This document shows, piece by piece, positions 27,890-36,700 of a stretch of DNA of 64,000 bases. The translations under genes were made by a program, and so were the position numbers. The notes beneath the pieces are model-generated. The model was not told where the DNA came from, did no database searches, and saw only the letters and a program-made list of their open reading frames with translations. The stretch comes from Promethearchaeati archaeon SRVP18_Atabeyarchaeia-1 (GTDB lineage: Archaea > Asgardarchaeota > Atabeyarchaeia > Atabeyarchaeales > Atabeyarchaeaceae), in the NCBI GenBank assembly GCA_037308085.1, contig CP147779.1, forward strand, positions 486,184 through 550,183, read 5' to 3'. Position 1 is the stretch's first letter, and every line of letters begins with the position of its first letter.

Positions 27890-28207
27890 ATGTGCGCTAA
27901 TCTGATAGTGATAGCTTGGGTACCGCAAAACAAGGCAAGCAAGATAGCTGAAGTGTTCGCTAAGAATCCAACTATCAAGGGAGTCAAGAGAGTGGGCAAA
28001 TGTCCCTATGCAACTCCAACCGATCGCGGCGTAAGGATCATAGACATATTCGAAGTTGAAGACACAAAAGTTGCCGAGGCGATCAGAGAGATAACCAAAT
28101 GGGAACAGCCATACGCGAATGCGGTTCCGGAGATGTCCTACTCGCTTGAGCCTCTATTGACGCCAGAAGAGGCTTTCGTGGCAATAGGGATGCAGCCTCC
28201 AAAGTAG
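27890..28207 (+). CDS. Hypothetical small protein (cassette ORF)
   Basis: 105-aa ORF (MCANLIVIAWVPQNKASKIAEVFAK...) with a GGAGG-rich leader. No family recognised. Confidence 0.4.
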   Translation: MCANLIVIAWVPQNKASKIAEVFAKNPTIKGVKRVGKCPYATPTDRGVRIIDIFEVEDTKVAEAIREITKWEQPYANAVPEMSYSLEPLLTPEEAFVAIGMQPPK

Positions 28208-28272
28208 ACTTCGATCCCTGTAAACAGAGAACCACCCAATGAAAGACTATCTAGAACCACCCTTCTTTTTCT
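28207..28272 (+). repeat. Island repeat copy D (condensed and degenerate)
   Basis: GACTTCGATCCCTGTAAACA...GAAAGACTATCTAGAACCACCCTTCTTTTTCT. Confidence 0.5.
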
Positions 28273-28299
28273 ACTCTCTATTCTCGTTAGCCCTTATTG

Positions 28300-28446
28300 C
28301 ACGGGCGTGTGAGACACATAGGATTTCGGAGTTCATGAAGAAGCTCGCTTTGCAGGTTGCGAACGCGTCGGAGAATGAGATGCCTAAACAGGAGAAAAGA
28401 CTAGAACCACGAATATGAGTGGTTAGAGACCTACAACCTTTTTTTT
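28300..28446 (+). repeat. Island repeat copy E
   Basis: GGAGTTCATGAAGAAGCTCGCTTTGCAGGTTGCGAA...ATGCCTAAACAGGAGAAAAGACTAGAACCACGAATATGAGTGGTTAGAGACCTACAACCTTTTTTTT. Confidence 0.75.
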
Positions 28447-28584
28447 GACGGGCGAAGAGACACTGGCGGGTTATATCATAATATAGGATAGAACACTATG
28501 TCACTTGACTCATCGTTTGAAGCCATTATTGTGATCTCCCAATATTCTTGGCAGTGCAGGCTGATGGAAAAGGGGATTGTCCGC

Positions 28585-28881
28585 ATGAAGGCGAAGCTTA
28601 AGGACATAATATCCATTGTCAAGGCGCTTGAAGGACAAATAAGGAAAGAGTACAAGGCAGAGGTCATTGGAATTTTCGGTTCCTATGCACGGGGGGAACA
28701 GCAGGCGAGTAGTGATGTGGACATGCTCGTGAAGTTTCTGGAAGGAGCAACTCTGTTTGACTTTGTTGGTCTTGGAGATTTTCTTGAGGATAAACTCAAC
28801 GTGAAGGTAGACGTTGTCTCGGAGAGAGCAATAAGGGTGGAGTTGCGGGACCAGATACTGAAAGAGGTCGTGACAGTTTGA
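28585..28881 (+). CDS. MNT-type nucleotidyltransferase (MntA-like antitoxin of an MNT/HEPN pair)
   Basis: GIFGSYARGEQQASSDVDMLV is the minimal nucleotidyltransferase GS...DxD motif. The stop overlaps the downstream HEPN gene start (TTGA). Confidence 0.8.
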   Translation: MKAKLKDIISIVKALEGQIRKEYKAEVIGIFGSYARGEQQASSDVDMLVKFLEGATLFDFVGLGDFLEDKLNVKVDVVSERAIRVELRDQILKEVVTV

Positions 28882-29216
28882 AGAGGGACATAAAGCTCTT
28901 TGTCAAAGACATAATCTCTGCTATGGACTCAATTGAGAAATTTGTCAGCGGTATGACTATTGACGAGATTCAAAAGGATGACAAGACCTCTAGTGCTGTG
29001 ATTAGGAAGTTTGAAATCATCGGAGAGGCGACAAAACATATTCCAGACGCGTTGAGAATTAAACACTCCGAGATTCCCTGGAGCAGAATGTCAGGAATGA
29101 GAGACAGACTGGTTCATGCTTATCTTGGGATAGACTATAGGCTTGTGTGGGATGCCATTAAGATCGATATACCGAATCTCAAGCCCAAATTCGAAAGGAT
29201 CTTGGTCGATCTTTAG
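28878..29216 (+). CDS. HEPN-domain (DUF86/HepT-like) toxin
   Basis: RDRLVHAYLGIDYRLVW contains the Rx4-6H HEPN motif. Length (112 aa) and pairing with an MNT gene are typical. Confidence 0.8.
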   Translation: MKRDIKLFVKDIISAMDSIEKFVSGMTIDEIQKDDKTSSAVIRKFEIIGEATKHIPDALRIKHSEIPWSRMSGMRDRLVHAYLGIDYRLVWDAIKIDIPNLKPKFERILVDL

Positions 29217-29254
29217 GATGGACAAGGGTTAGGATTAGACCCTTAGCACCAAGA

Positions 29255-29389
29255 ATTTGCTTCGAGCCCAAGCTTTCTGAAGAAGCCCACATTGTAGGTT
29301 GCAAACGCATTGAGGAATGAAATGCCTAAACAGGAGAAAAGACTAGAACCACAAACATGTGTGGTTAGAGACCTACACATCCTTTTTCT
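29255..29389 (+). repeat. Island repeat copy F
   Basis: TTCGAGCCCAAGC...TGAAGAAGCCCACATTGTAGGTTGCAAACGC...ATGCCTAAACAGGAGAAAAGACTAGAACCACAAACATGTGTGGTTAGAGACCTACACATCCTTTTTCT. Confidence 0.75.
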
Positions 29390-29597
29390 GCGACTACGAA
29401 TAATCTTCTATTTCGAAACCCGCCCTGTAATTGAGACGGGCGATCATATACAAGTATTCTGGCCAGGAAGTATTATATGCCAAGGCGCACGCCTACACAA
29501 CAGTTCCAGTCTATATAGGTTTACATAGGTGTAGGTCATACAAATTTAGGTATAACTGAAAGACTCTACGGTCTCAGGAGCCACAGGTACAAGGAGG

Positions 29598-30014
29598 TTG
29601 TCGAAAGCGCTAAGAACCTATTCACTCAGCCATAACCAGGGCGAAGCACTTAGCGGTTTAATGGCAGCCTACAACACCACCCTCAATCCCATACTGCAGT
29701 GCGTCTGGCAGACGACAGAGTGGAAGCGGCACCAGATCAAAGGCGAGAAGCAGTACAGGCTCTACCCCATCTTCAGAAAGGATAACGCGTTCAGGCGGGA
29801 GCTGAGGAATAGGCACCTAGCGAGATGGAGCTACGCTGCTCACTGGGTTGACTCCGCCATGAAGACAGCCTTCAGCATCATGGCATCGTGGAAAAGGAAT
29901 TACGACAAAGGTGAGAGAAGGAGAACATGTCCACGTGCGGGGAGGCTCTTTTTGCGGGTCAAGCAGACACTCCTCAAACTTGAGGGGGACACGCTCAGGA
30001 TCACCGTGAAGTGA
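29598..30014 (+). pseudogene. Possible N-terminal fragment of an IS200/IS605-type OrfB/TnpB-like protein
   Basis: 138-aa ORF (TTG start, AAGGAGG SD). Its flavour is TnpB N-terminal-like (RTYSLSHNQGE...AHWVDSAMKTAFSIMASWKRNYDKG.RR..P......LRVKQTLLKLEGDTLRI). It stops far short of the RuvC and Zn-finger parts. Confidence 0.35.
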
Positions 30015-30071
30015 AAAAGAAGCCCTAGCGCTTGTAACCTAGTAGAACGTGACAAGGGAGACAGTTGAGAA

Positions 30072-30743
30072 TTGGCGAAATCAAGTTCTAATATTGGATT
30101 GCTTAGAAAAGCGTCATTATGGATCTGCGTAGCTGGCATCTGGCAACTTCTTCCAGTCATCGGGTTCATGATCCTAGTGTTCGGAATGCTCTACACGATA
30201 TCAACTATGATACCGATCCCTATAGAGGCACTCCACTCGATCTCTAACTCGTACTTGCTAGCATCCGCTATACTGTGGATCACGATACCGATTACCATCA
30301 TTCTTGGCTACTACTCGTACAAAGTTGGCGTCCTTTATGGTTTCGGCTCACTCAAATTGACAGGGATCTGTAACATTATCATGACACTAGCCTACCCTGT
30401 TCTCTTCATTGGGTTGAGCCAATTCGTTCAAATGTTATCCTCGATCTTACCGTCGCCACCAGTTGACTATCCTCAGTTAATGCAAGGCTGGATAGGCTTA
30501 CTTCTGATCGGAGGAGTGTTCGTTTGCTTCTTTGGCCTCATTTCGCTCATAGCGTTCATATTTGGTTCTTCCGCTATGAAGAAGAATTCTGGCATTGGAA
30601 AGTTCGGGAAGGCAATGTGGTTATCAATCGTGGGGCTGCTAATATGGTTCCTGATCCCCATTGCAGTAGCCGAATTTGGGTCCGGACTTAGAAAGCTATC
30701 GAGACCTAATACAGCAAGACCAACTGGTGCGGCGAAACAGTAA
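30072..30743 (+). CDS. Hypothetical polytopic membrane protein
   Basis: 223 aa with about 6 predicted hydrophobic helices and a basic C-terminal tail. Confidence 0.5.
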   Translation: MAKSSSNIGLLRKASLWICVAGIWQLLPVIGFMILVFGMLYTISTMIPIPIEALHSISNSYLLASAILWITIPITIILGYYSYKVGVLYGFGSLKLTGICNIIMTLAYPVLFIGLSQFVQMLSSILPSPPVDYPQLMQGWIGLLLIGGVFVCFFGLISLIAFIFGSSAMKKNSGIGKFGKAMWLSIVGLLIWFLIPIAVAEFGSGLRKLSRPNTARPTGAAKQ

Positions 30744-30789
30744 ACTCCCAGATCCGCAACAAAACGACTGATTTGTCCTCCCAAGCTCA

Positions 30790-30936
30790 GAGTCGAGCCC
30801 TTGACGACTAGAATCTCTCTCTAGCCTAGGTTTTCAGAAACACCCGCTTTCTGGATTGAGATGCGCGGACAGGAGAAAAGACTAGAACCACAAACATGTG
30901 TAGTCCTCTGAAATCTAAGTAAAACCCTTTTTTTCT
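30790..30936 (+). repeat. Island repeat copy G
   Basis: AGTCGAGCCC...CGCTTTCTGGATTGAGATGCGCGGACAGGAGAAAAGACTAGAACCACAAACATGTGTAG...AAAACCCTTTTTTTCT. The 30-nt core is identical to copy F. Confidence 0.75.
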
Positions 30937-31150
30937 GGCTGCACACGCGTCTCGTCGTTTGGTAGCTAGCTGACAAAGTGAAGCTAGTTCCTACGGAGAA
31001 GATCAGGAGACTTGGCGCGCGTTGTGACCGAAGATCACCCGCTGCTAGGAAGTATCATATATCGTAGCGCACGCGATATCAATGGTTATATATTTGGCTC
31101 ATATGCAAGTACCGTAATCATCCCGGTTTTGAAGGAAGAGGAGATTCAGG

Positions 31151-31717
31151 ATGTCAAGAACTGAGTCCGAAAATGGTTCAGAAGCCTGGAAGAAATTCCT
31201 GGGAAAACACTGGAGCATAGTTGCCATGTTTGTAGTGGCAGGTCTTCTTGCATTTGTAGGCGCAGTTTGCGTCTTCTTATGGTTCGTTGGGAATGCTCAA
31301 TCGACAGGCATCGTACCTGCGGCTTTGGGTCTTTGGACAATGGGAAGCGTAGTGACTTTCATTTTGTATTTGGTCTTCTGGGAGCTTCTTCTTATTGGGA
31401 TCCCTGTGGCCTTAGTCGCAGTGGCTGGTTGGCAATGGTGGAAAAGGCTACCTGATAAGGAGAAGAGGGAATATCACCCCTTTGGCAAACGCTCACGTGC
31501 AAGACGCGGTGGAAGTGGAATACCCCTATTGTTCTTCGTTGCGTTCTGCATCAAGGTCTTTATCGATGGAAACTGGAACGTTGCCATTGCTACTTGGACC
31601 TTGAACTATGTTGTAAATTCGATTATCGCAATACTGATCTGGACGGCAATTATTTTCGGAATTCCTATCGCTATAGGGCTCGTCTGGTGGATACACCATC
31701 AAGTTAAGAAGCCCTAA
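31151..31717 (+). CDS. Hypothetical membrane protein
   Basis: 188 aa with about 4 hydrophobic helices and a basic loop (KRSRARRGG). Confidence 0.5.
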   Translation: MSRTESENGSEAWKKFLGKHWSIVAMFVVAGLLAFVGAVCVFLWFVGNAQSTGIVPAALGLWTMGSVVTFILYLVFWELLLIGIPVALVAVAGWQWWKRLPDKEKREYHPFGKRSRARRGGSGIPLLFFVAFCIKVFIDGNWNVAIATWTLNYVVNSIIAILIWTAIIFGIPIAIGLVWWIHHQVKKP

Positions 31718-31966
31718 CTTCTTTCTTGCTTGCATTGGTCAGATTTTCAGAATCGTTGAAATTCAGAAGGCGGAACTACTGATGAGTGAACGCACTATAC
31801 TGAGAAAGTTGGGAGCCGACACCCACATAAATGAGACATCGACATGCAGAGATCAAGGAAAATCCCGGATTCAGCAAGACAGAGTGGGCTCTGTAGCGTA
31901 TAAGAAATCTGAAACATGAGGGTTTCCTAGCGCTGGGATTCAATACACTAGAGTTGTGGTTGAGCT

Positions 31967-32899
31967 ATGAAAAGAATAAGGTTTGGGGTTCAAGCCTTGC
32001 AAGGCATGCCTGACTACGCTAGCCTCAAGAAGGTCGTGCTAGAGTGTGAGCGCCTCAAATTTGATTCAGTGTGGGTATATGATCATCTTCACTTTAGCTA
32101 TGGGCCTACACTTGAATGCTGGACGGTTCTAGGGGCGCTGGCAGAAGCGACCAAGAGCATAAGAATTGGCCCACTGGTGACGTGCAACGCATACCGCTAT
32201 CCCTCTATTCTGGCTAAGGTGGCGGCGACAGTGGATATGATCTCTAATGGGCGCCTGAACTTTGGAATAGGCGCAGGTTGGCTTAAGGAAGAAGCGATAG
32301 CATACGGCATACCATTTCCGAGAGGCCGCGAACGCGTTGAAATGCTGGACGAAGCACTGACAATAATAAGACAGCTATGGACCAAAGATAAAGCTGAATT
32401 CAAAGGCAAATACTACTCACTTAGTAGTGCAGTCTGCCTTCCCAAACCAACTCAGACACCTCATCCACCCATCCTTGTTGGCGGAGGCACAGGTACAAAA
32501 ATGCTCAGAGTCATCGCTAAGCACGCTGACGCTTGGGACATGGGATTCGAAACCTCAGAAGAGATCAAAGGGGACCTTGCCAAGTTAAAGGAGGCTTGCA
32601 GTGAGGTAGGTAGAGATCCGAATACAATTGAGAACACATACCAAAGCAGAGTTATAATAGCCGATGAGGATGAAGATGCATTTGCACGGGCGGAGAAGTG
32701 GCGAGAAGAGCGACATGGAAAAAAGGACGATCCGGACTGGAAAACCGCCATAGTTGGTTCCCCGAAGAAATGCATCGACCAGTTGAAATCCTTGGTAGAT
32801 GTTGGCATAACCAGTTTCAATCTGCTCTTTCCAGACGTTTTGAAGCTTGAACCTCTACGCCTCTTCTCCGGCGAAGTGATTCCCGATTTCCAAGAATAG
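31967..32899 (+). CDS. LLM-class (luciferase-like) F420/flavin-dependent oxidoreductase
   Basis: FDSVWVYDHL...IRIGPLVTCNAYRYPSILAKVAATVDMISNGRLNFGIGAGW...PKP.Q.PHPPILVGG.G. Confidence 0.8.
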   Translation: MKRIRFGVQALQGMPDYASLKKVVLECERLKFDSVWVYDHLHFSYGPTLECWTVLGALAEATKSIRIGPLVTCNAYRYPSILAKVAATVDMISNGRLNFGIGAGWLKEEAIAYGIPFPRGRERVEMLDEALTIIRQLWTKDKAEFKGKYYSLSSAVCLPKPTQTPHPPILVGGGTGTKMLRVIAKHADAWDMGFETSEEIKGDLAKLKEACSEVGRDPNTIENTYQSRVIIADEDEDAFARAEKWREERHGKKDDPDWKTAIVGSPKKCIDQLKSLVDVGITSFNLLFPDVLKLEPLRLFSGEVIPDFQE

Positions 32900-33189
32900 T
32901 CATTTGCTCTCTCTGCAGGCTATTTCTCGGATATGCTTACTAGGTTCTGGCTGGCGTACAGAGTAGATCAGTGCGCAATTCGGTTTCTGGTGGCTTTGGA
33001 TTGGGCTCCAATAGCAGCTACGCGACGCAAAGAAAACATCATCCAAGGAGCGCTGAACATTAGTCGTACATTCTTTATCGCTGCCGACCTCTAGACGCGA
33101 ATCGTCCAGGAATGAGACGCCCAAAGAGTAGAAAAGAATATAAGGAATTCACTTTATCCGTAAGCTAATGCGGGTGGAAAGACCTGCTT

Positions 33190-33406
33190 GGGCCCGTAGC
33201 TCAGTCAGGTAGAAGGAAGAAATGAGTACCTACCTATAGCGCCGGACTCTTAGAGGAACTGTTTCCCCTTAGAGGGTGAGGCTTTTAGACGCCAGCTGAT
33301 TGCCTAGAGATTAAGCCATCGAAGAGCAGCGTAAGGAAACCCGGTGGCCGGGGGTTCGATAGCGAGTTGTTTGATGGACAAGCCGAGATTCCCCTCGGGC
33401 CCGCCA
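33190..33406 (+). tRNA. tRNA-Lys(CUU) with three introns (D arm, canonical 37/38 of about 86 nt, T loop) and encoded CCA
   Basis: Acceptor GGGCCCG/CGGGCCC. The D stem GCTC/GAGC is split by about 25 nt (helix GGTAG/CTACC). Anticodon CCGGA-CTCTTA|about 86 nt|A-CCCGG. The T arm GGGGG-TTCGAT|about 29 nt|T-CCCCT. Confidence 0.75.
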
Positions 33407-33436
33407 CATTTGCATGAGCTGAACCGCCGTTGTGCT

Positions 33437-33712
33437 ATGTCCGAATCGAGACGGAGGCGTGACCGCGTGTCTGTAGACGAGACGAAGAAGATTCTTGATC
33501 ACGAAATGGTTCCCAGGCACCAAATTCTGACGGAAGAGGAGAAAGAGGCGCTACTCAAGAAGTACAATATCAAGGCTGAATGGCTTCCTCTGATTAAGTC
33601 CTCTGACGCTGCTGTGCGTGCTATAGGTGGCAAGGCGGGGAACATAATTAAGATAATGAGGAGAAGCGCTACAGCAGGCGAGCATGCCATTTTCTATAGA
33701 TATGTCGTATAG
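33437..33712 (+). CDS. rpoH: DNA-directed RNA polymerase subunit H (Rpo5)
   Basis: HEMVPRHQILTEEEKEALLKKYNIKAEWLPLIKSSDAAVRAIGGKAGNIIKIMRRSATAGEHAIFYRYVV. The upstream part of the ORF-track ORF overlaps the tRNA-Lys 3' end, so the start is set at MSESRR. Confidence 0.85.
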   Translation: MSESRRRRDRVSVDETKKILDHEMVPRHQILTEEEKEALLKKYNIKAEWLPLIKSSDAAVRAIGGKAGNIIKIMRRSATAGEHAIFYRYVV

Positions 33713-33748
33713 GGTTAGCGCCAGCAATGCGAGGAGGTTTCGCGTCTA

Positions 33749-36700
33749 TTGAGCAAGGAGTTTCTCGATCCATGGGTTGTCATGCAGGCTTTTATCGACG
33801 AAGGTATTCTTGCGAGCCAACACCTGGACTCGTATAACGACTTCGTTGAGAACAGGCTTCAGCAGATCGTTGATGAAGTCGGGAAGATAGAGCCAGATAT
33901 TGAGGGGTACTACATAAAGCTCGGCAAGATCGAGATTGGAATGCCGACGGTCAAGGAAGCTGACGGCTCCACGAAGGAAATACATCCCATGGAGGCGCGA
34001 ATACGAAACCTAACCTATTCGGCTCCGATCTACCTTGAGATGACTCTAGTCCATAAGGATGAGAGGACAGGTATTGAGGTTGAGGACAAGCCTTCCAAGG
34101 AGTACATCGGTAGGCTCCCGATAATGTTGAAGTCCGTGAAGTGCCCCCTGTCCAAGATGTATGCTGAGGAACTGATTAAGATCGGGGAAGACCCAAATGA
34201 CCCTGGAGGCTATTTCATCGTCAACGGCTCAGAAAGAGTTATTGTGATCCAGGAGGATCTAGCCTCAAACAGGATTCTAATTGAAGAGGGCTCTGCTGGA
34301 GCGTACTCCCATATCGCGAAGGTCTTCTCGACCTCCCGAGGATTCAGAGCCCCCGTTACTCTTGAGAGAAGGCGCGAAGGATCCCTTCGCCTTTCTTTCC
34401 CTTCCGTTCCAGGTAAAATCCCTCTGGCCATATTGATGCGGGCGTTGGGGTTGGTGACTGACAAGCAGATCAGTGAAGCCGTTTCGGACGATCCCGACGT
34501 TGTCCGTGAGCTCATTCCGACGCTTCACGAAGCCGATGTCGTTGTCGACCAAAGCGCAGCCTTGGACTACATTGGGCGCAGAGTCGCAGTAGGGCAGACC
34601 ATCGAGTATCGGCAGAAGCGAGCTGAACAGGTTCTTGACAAGTATCTTCTCCCTCACATAGGAACGAGCTCAAATGACCGGCTAAAGAAGACCTACTACC
34701 TAGGGCAGATGGCTGAGAGGTTAATTGAGCTTTCACTCCACAAACGTGAGGCCGACGACAAGGACCATTATGCCAACAAGAGGCTGAAACTGGCTGGGGA
34801 TCTCCTCGTCAGCCTATTCAGAGTCGCTTTCCTCAACTTGTGCAGAGACATTAAGTACCAAATTGAGAGAAATGCGATTCGCGGTCGTGTTCCAAGCATC
34901 CACACGGCTGTAAGGGCAGATGTCATAACTGAGAGGCTTCGGCACGCCCTCGCCACAGGAAACTGGGTCGGCGGGAAGGCCGGAGTGAGCCAACTCCTTG
35001 ACCGCAACAACTACCTTTCATCATTAAGTCACCTTAGAAGAATAATATCTCCCTTAAGTCGAAGCCAACCCCACTTCGAGGCAAGGGACCTCCACCCCAC
35101 ACACTGGGGCAGAGTGTGCCCCAGCGAAACCCCAGAGGGCCCGAACTGTGTGGCGCCGGAGACGCTGGTTACGCTTTCAGGAGGTGCCGTCTGCCGCATC
35201 GACAACCTGGAGAAGGATGAGGTTTGGCGTAGCACTAGTCTGATGTCTTCGACTTGGGATGTGACGGATCGGCCAAGTGTGAACGCTATCCACCCACTGG
35301 TGGCGCGGTTCATAAAGAATAGGACCAGTGAAGCGACATCGAGGTTGTATCGTATTACAACTGACACAGGACGTTCTATACTTGCGACACCAGAACATCC
35401 ATTCTATACTGATCAAGGTCGCATTGACGCAAAGCTTCTTGGGCCCGGGATGAGAGTTGCAGTCCTTCCAGCGGCAACCGAGCGTCCTGATTGGAGTGCA
35501 CAAGTCACAGACGGTGAGGCTCTCCTCGACGAAAAAGCAATATTGGCATCGTGCCCACCCTACTCGCATAAAGAGACCCATGTCAACTTCCTGAAGCAAT
35601 TAGGTCTGATACCGCTGCGGAGGACGAATCCGCACTACCGCATCTTGCTTCGCCTACTGGGATTCTTGTTCGGTGATGGTCACATGTCGATGAGGATCCG
35701 CGCTGGATCGTCTGGAAAGCCAAAATCTGACGTCTCCGTTCATTTCATAGGTAGACCTGAAGACCTCAATGATATCCGCAATGACCTTGCTATCATCGGA
35801 TTCAGGACTTCTGAGATAACAACATCAGAATGCACATCAGTGCTACCTGATCGGATTATACATGGCTTTACTCATCAAACCATTTGCTACCAGATGCCAT
35901 TTTGGATCCTCATGAGAGCCTTGGGCGCGCCAGCCGGTGACAAGGTGACACAAGCATTCTCCGTTCCCACGTGGATCCACAACTCATCAAATGCTGAGGT
36001 TCGTGAATTCTTGGCGGCCTTGTTTGGATGCGAGATGCTCAAACCTCTCGTAGACAAAAGGACAGGAAAGACTTTTGTCGCCCCGATGTTCAAGATGGCG
36101 AAGGAACTCTCGCTATTGGATTCATTGAATCGCTTCTTCGAAGACATTCGGCGACTATCTGAGAGATTCGGGATCAAGTTCCCTGAGAAAGCCGTCGTTC
36201 CGAAGGAGATTTTCACACGAAAAGATGGCATGATTACAAAGAAGTTGCAACTGAATTTCAGCGGCACTGATCAAAGTCTAGCTCTGCTATGGGGTAAGAT
36301 CGGCTACACTTATAGCAAGAGGAAAGAATGCCTTGCACAACGAGGATTCGGCTATATTCGAAGCAGATCTATTGATGCGGCTGCCCGGCGGAAGATAGCG
36401 GAGCATGTAATGAAAAGACAAGAGTATTTGCGAGGGACTCCCACCGAAAAAGCAAAGTCAATACTCAACGAACTGGAGCTAAAAGGAGCAAATGATGGGA
36501 TTCGGTTGCACGACATCGTCAACTGGCTCAAGAAGCGCGCTGACCCCACTAGAGTTCGCGCCTCTGCGCTTGACACCCCGACATTCGACCAATGGATCTC
36601 AAGAGCCTGCAGAGGACTGGACGGTAATGCAGGTCTGGTTTGGGAGAGAATAGAGGCGACACATGAAGAACAAGCCAGATCCGTCCCCGCAGTGGAAGAT

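Noticed and set aside
29345-29372. An imperfect palindrome CTAGAACCACA-AACA-TGTGGTTAGAG in copies E and F resembles attC inverse-core and core sites (RYYYAAC / GTTRRRY).
   Set aside because: Copies A, B, C and G lack the right arm (GTGGTT), so the palindrome is not a conserved property of the family. The cassette-array idea is kept only as a hypothesis based on arrangement, not on attC structure.
29294-29389. The island repeats could be H/ACA guide sRNAs. In copy F a stem GTAGGT/ACCTAC is followed by ACA and an oligo-T run, and several other copies have ACA shortly before the T-run.
   Set aside because: The proposed lower-stem pairing is not maintained in the other copies. Copies E, A and C show mismatches without compensatory changes. 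No pseudouridylation pocket or K-turn could be drawn consistently.
33260-33345. The long tRNA-Lys intron could be a bona fide C/D box sRNA.
   Set aside because: Only a CTGA and a poor C-box-like GGTGAGG are present, and no C'/D' pair or terminal stem is evident. It is mentioned as a possibility under the tRNA-Lys finding but is not called as a feature.
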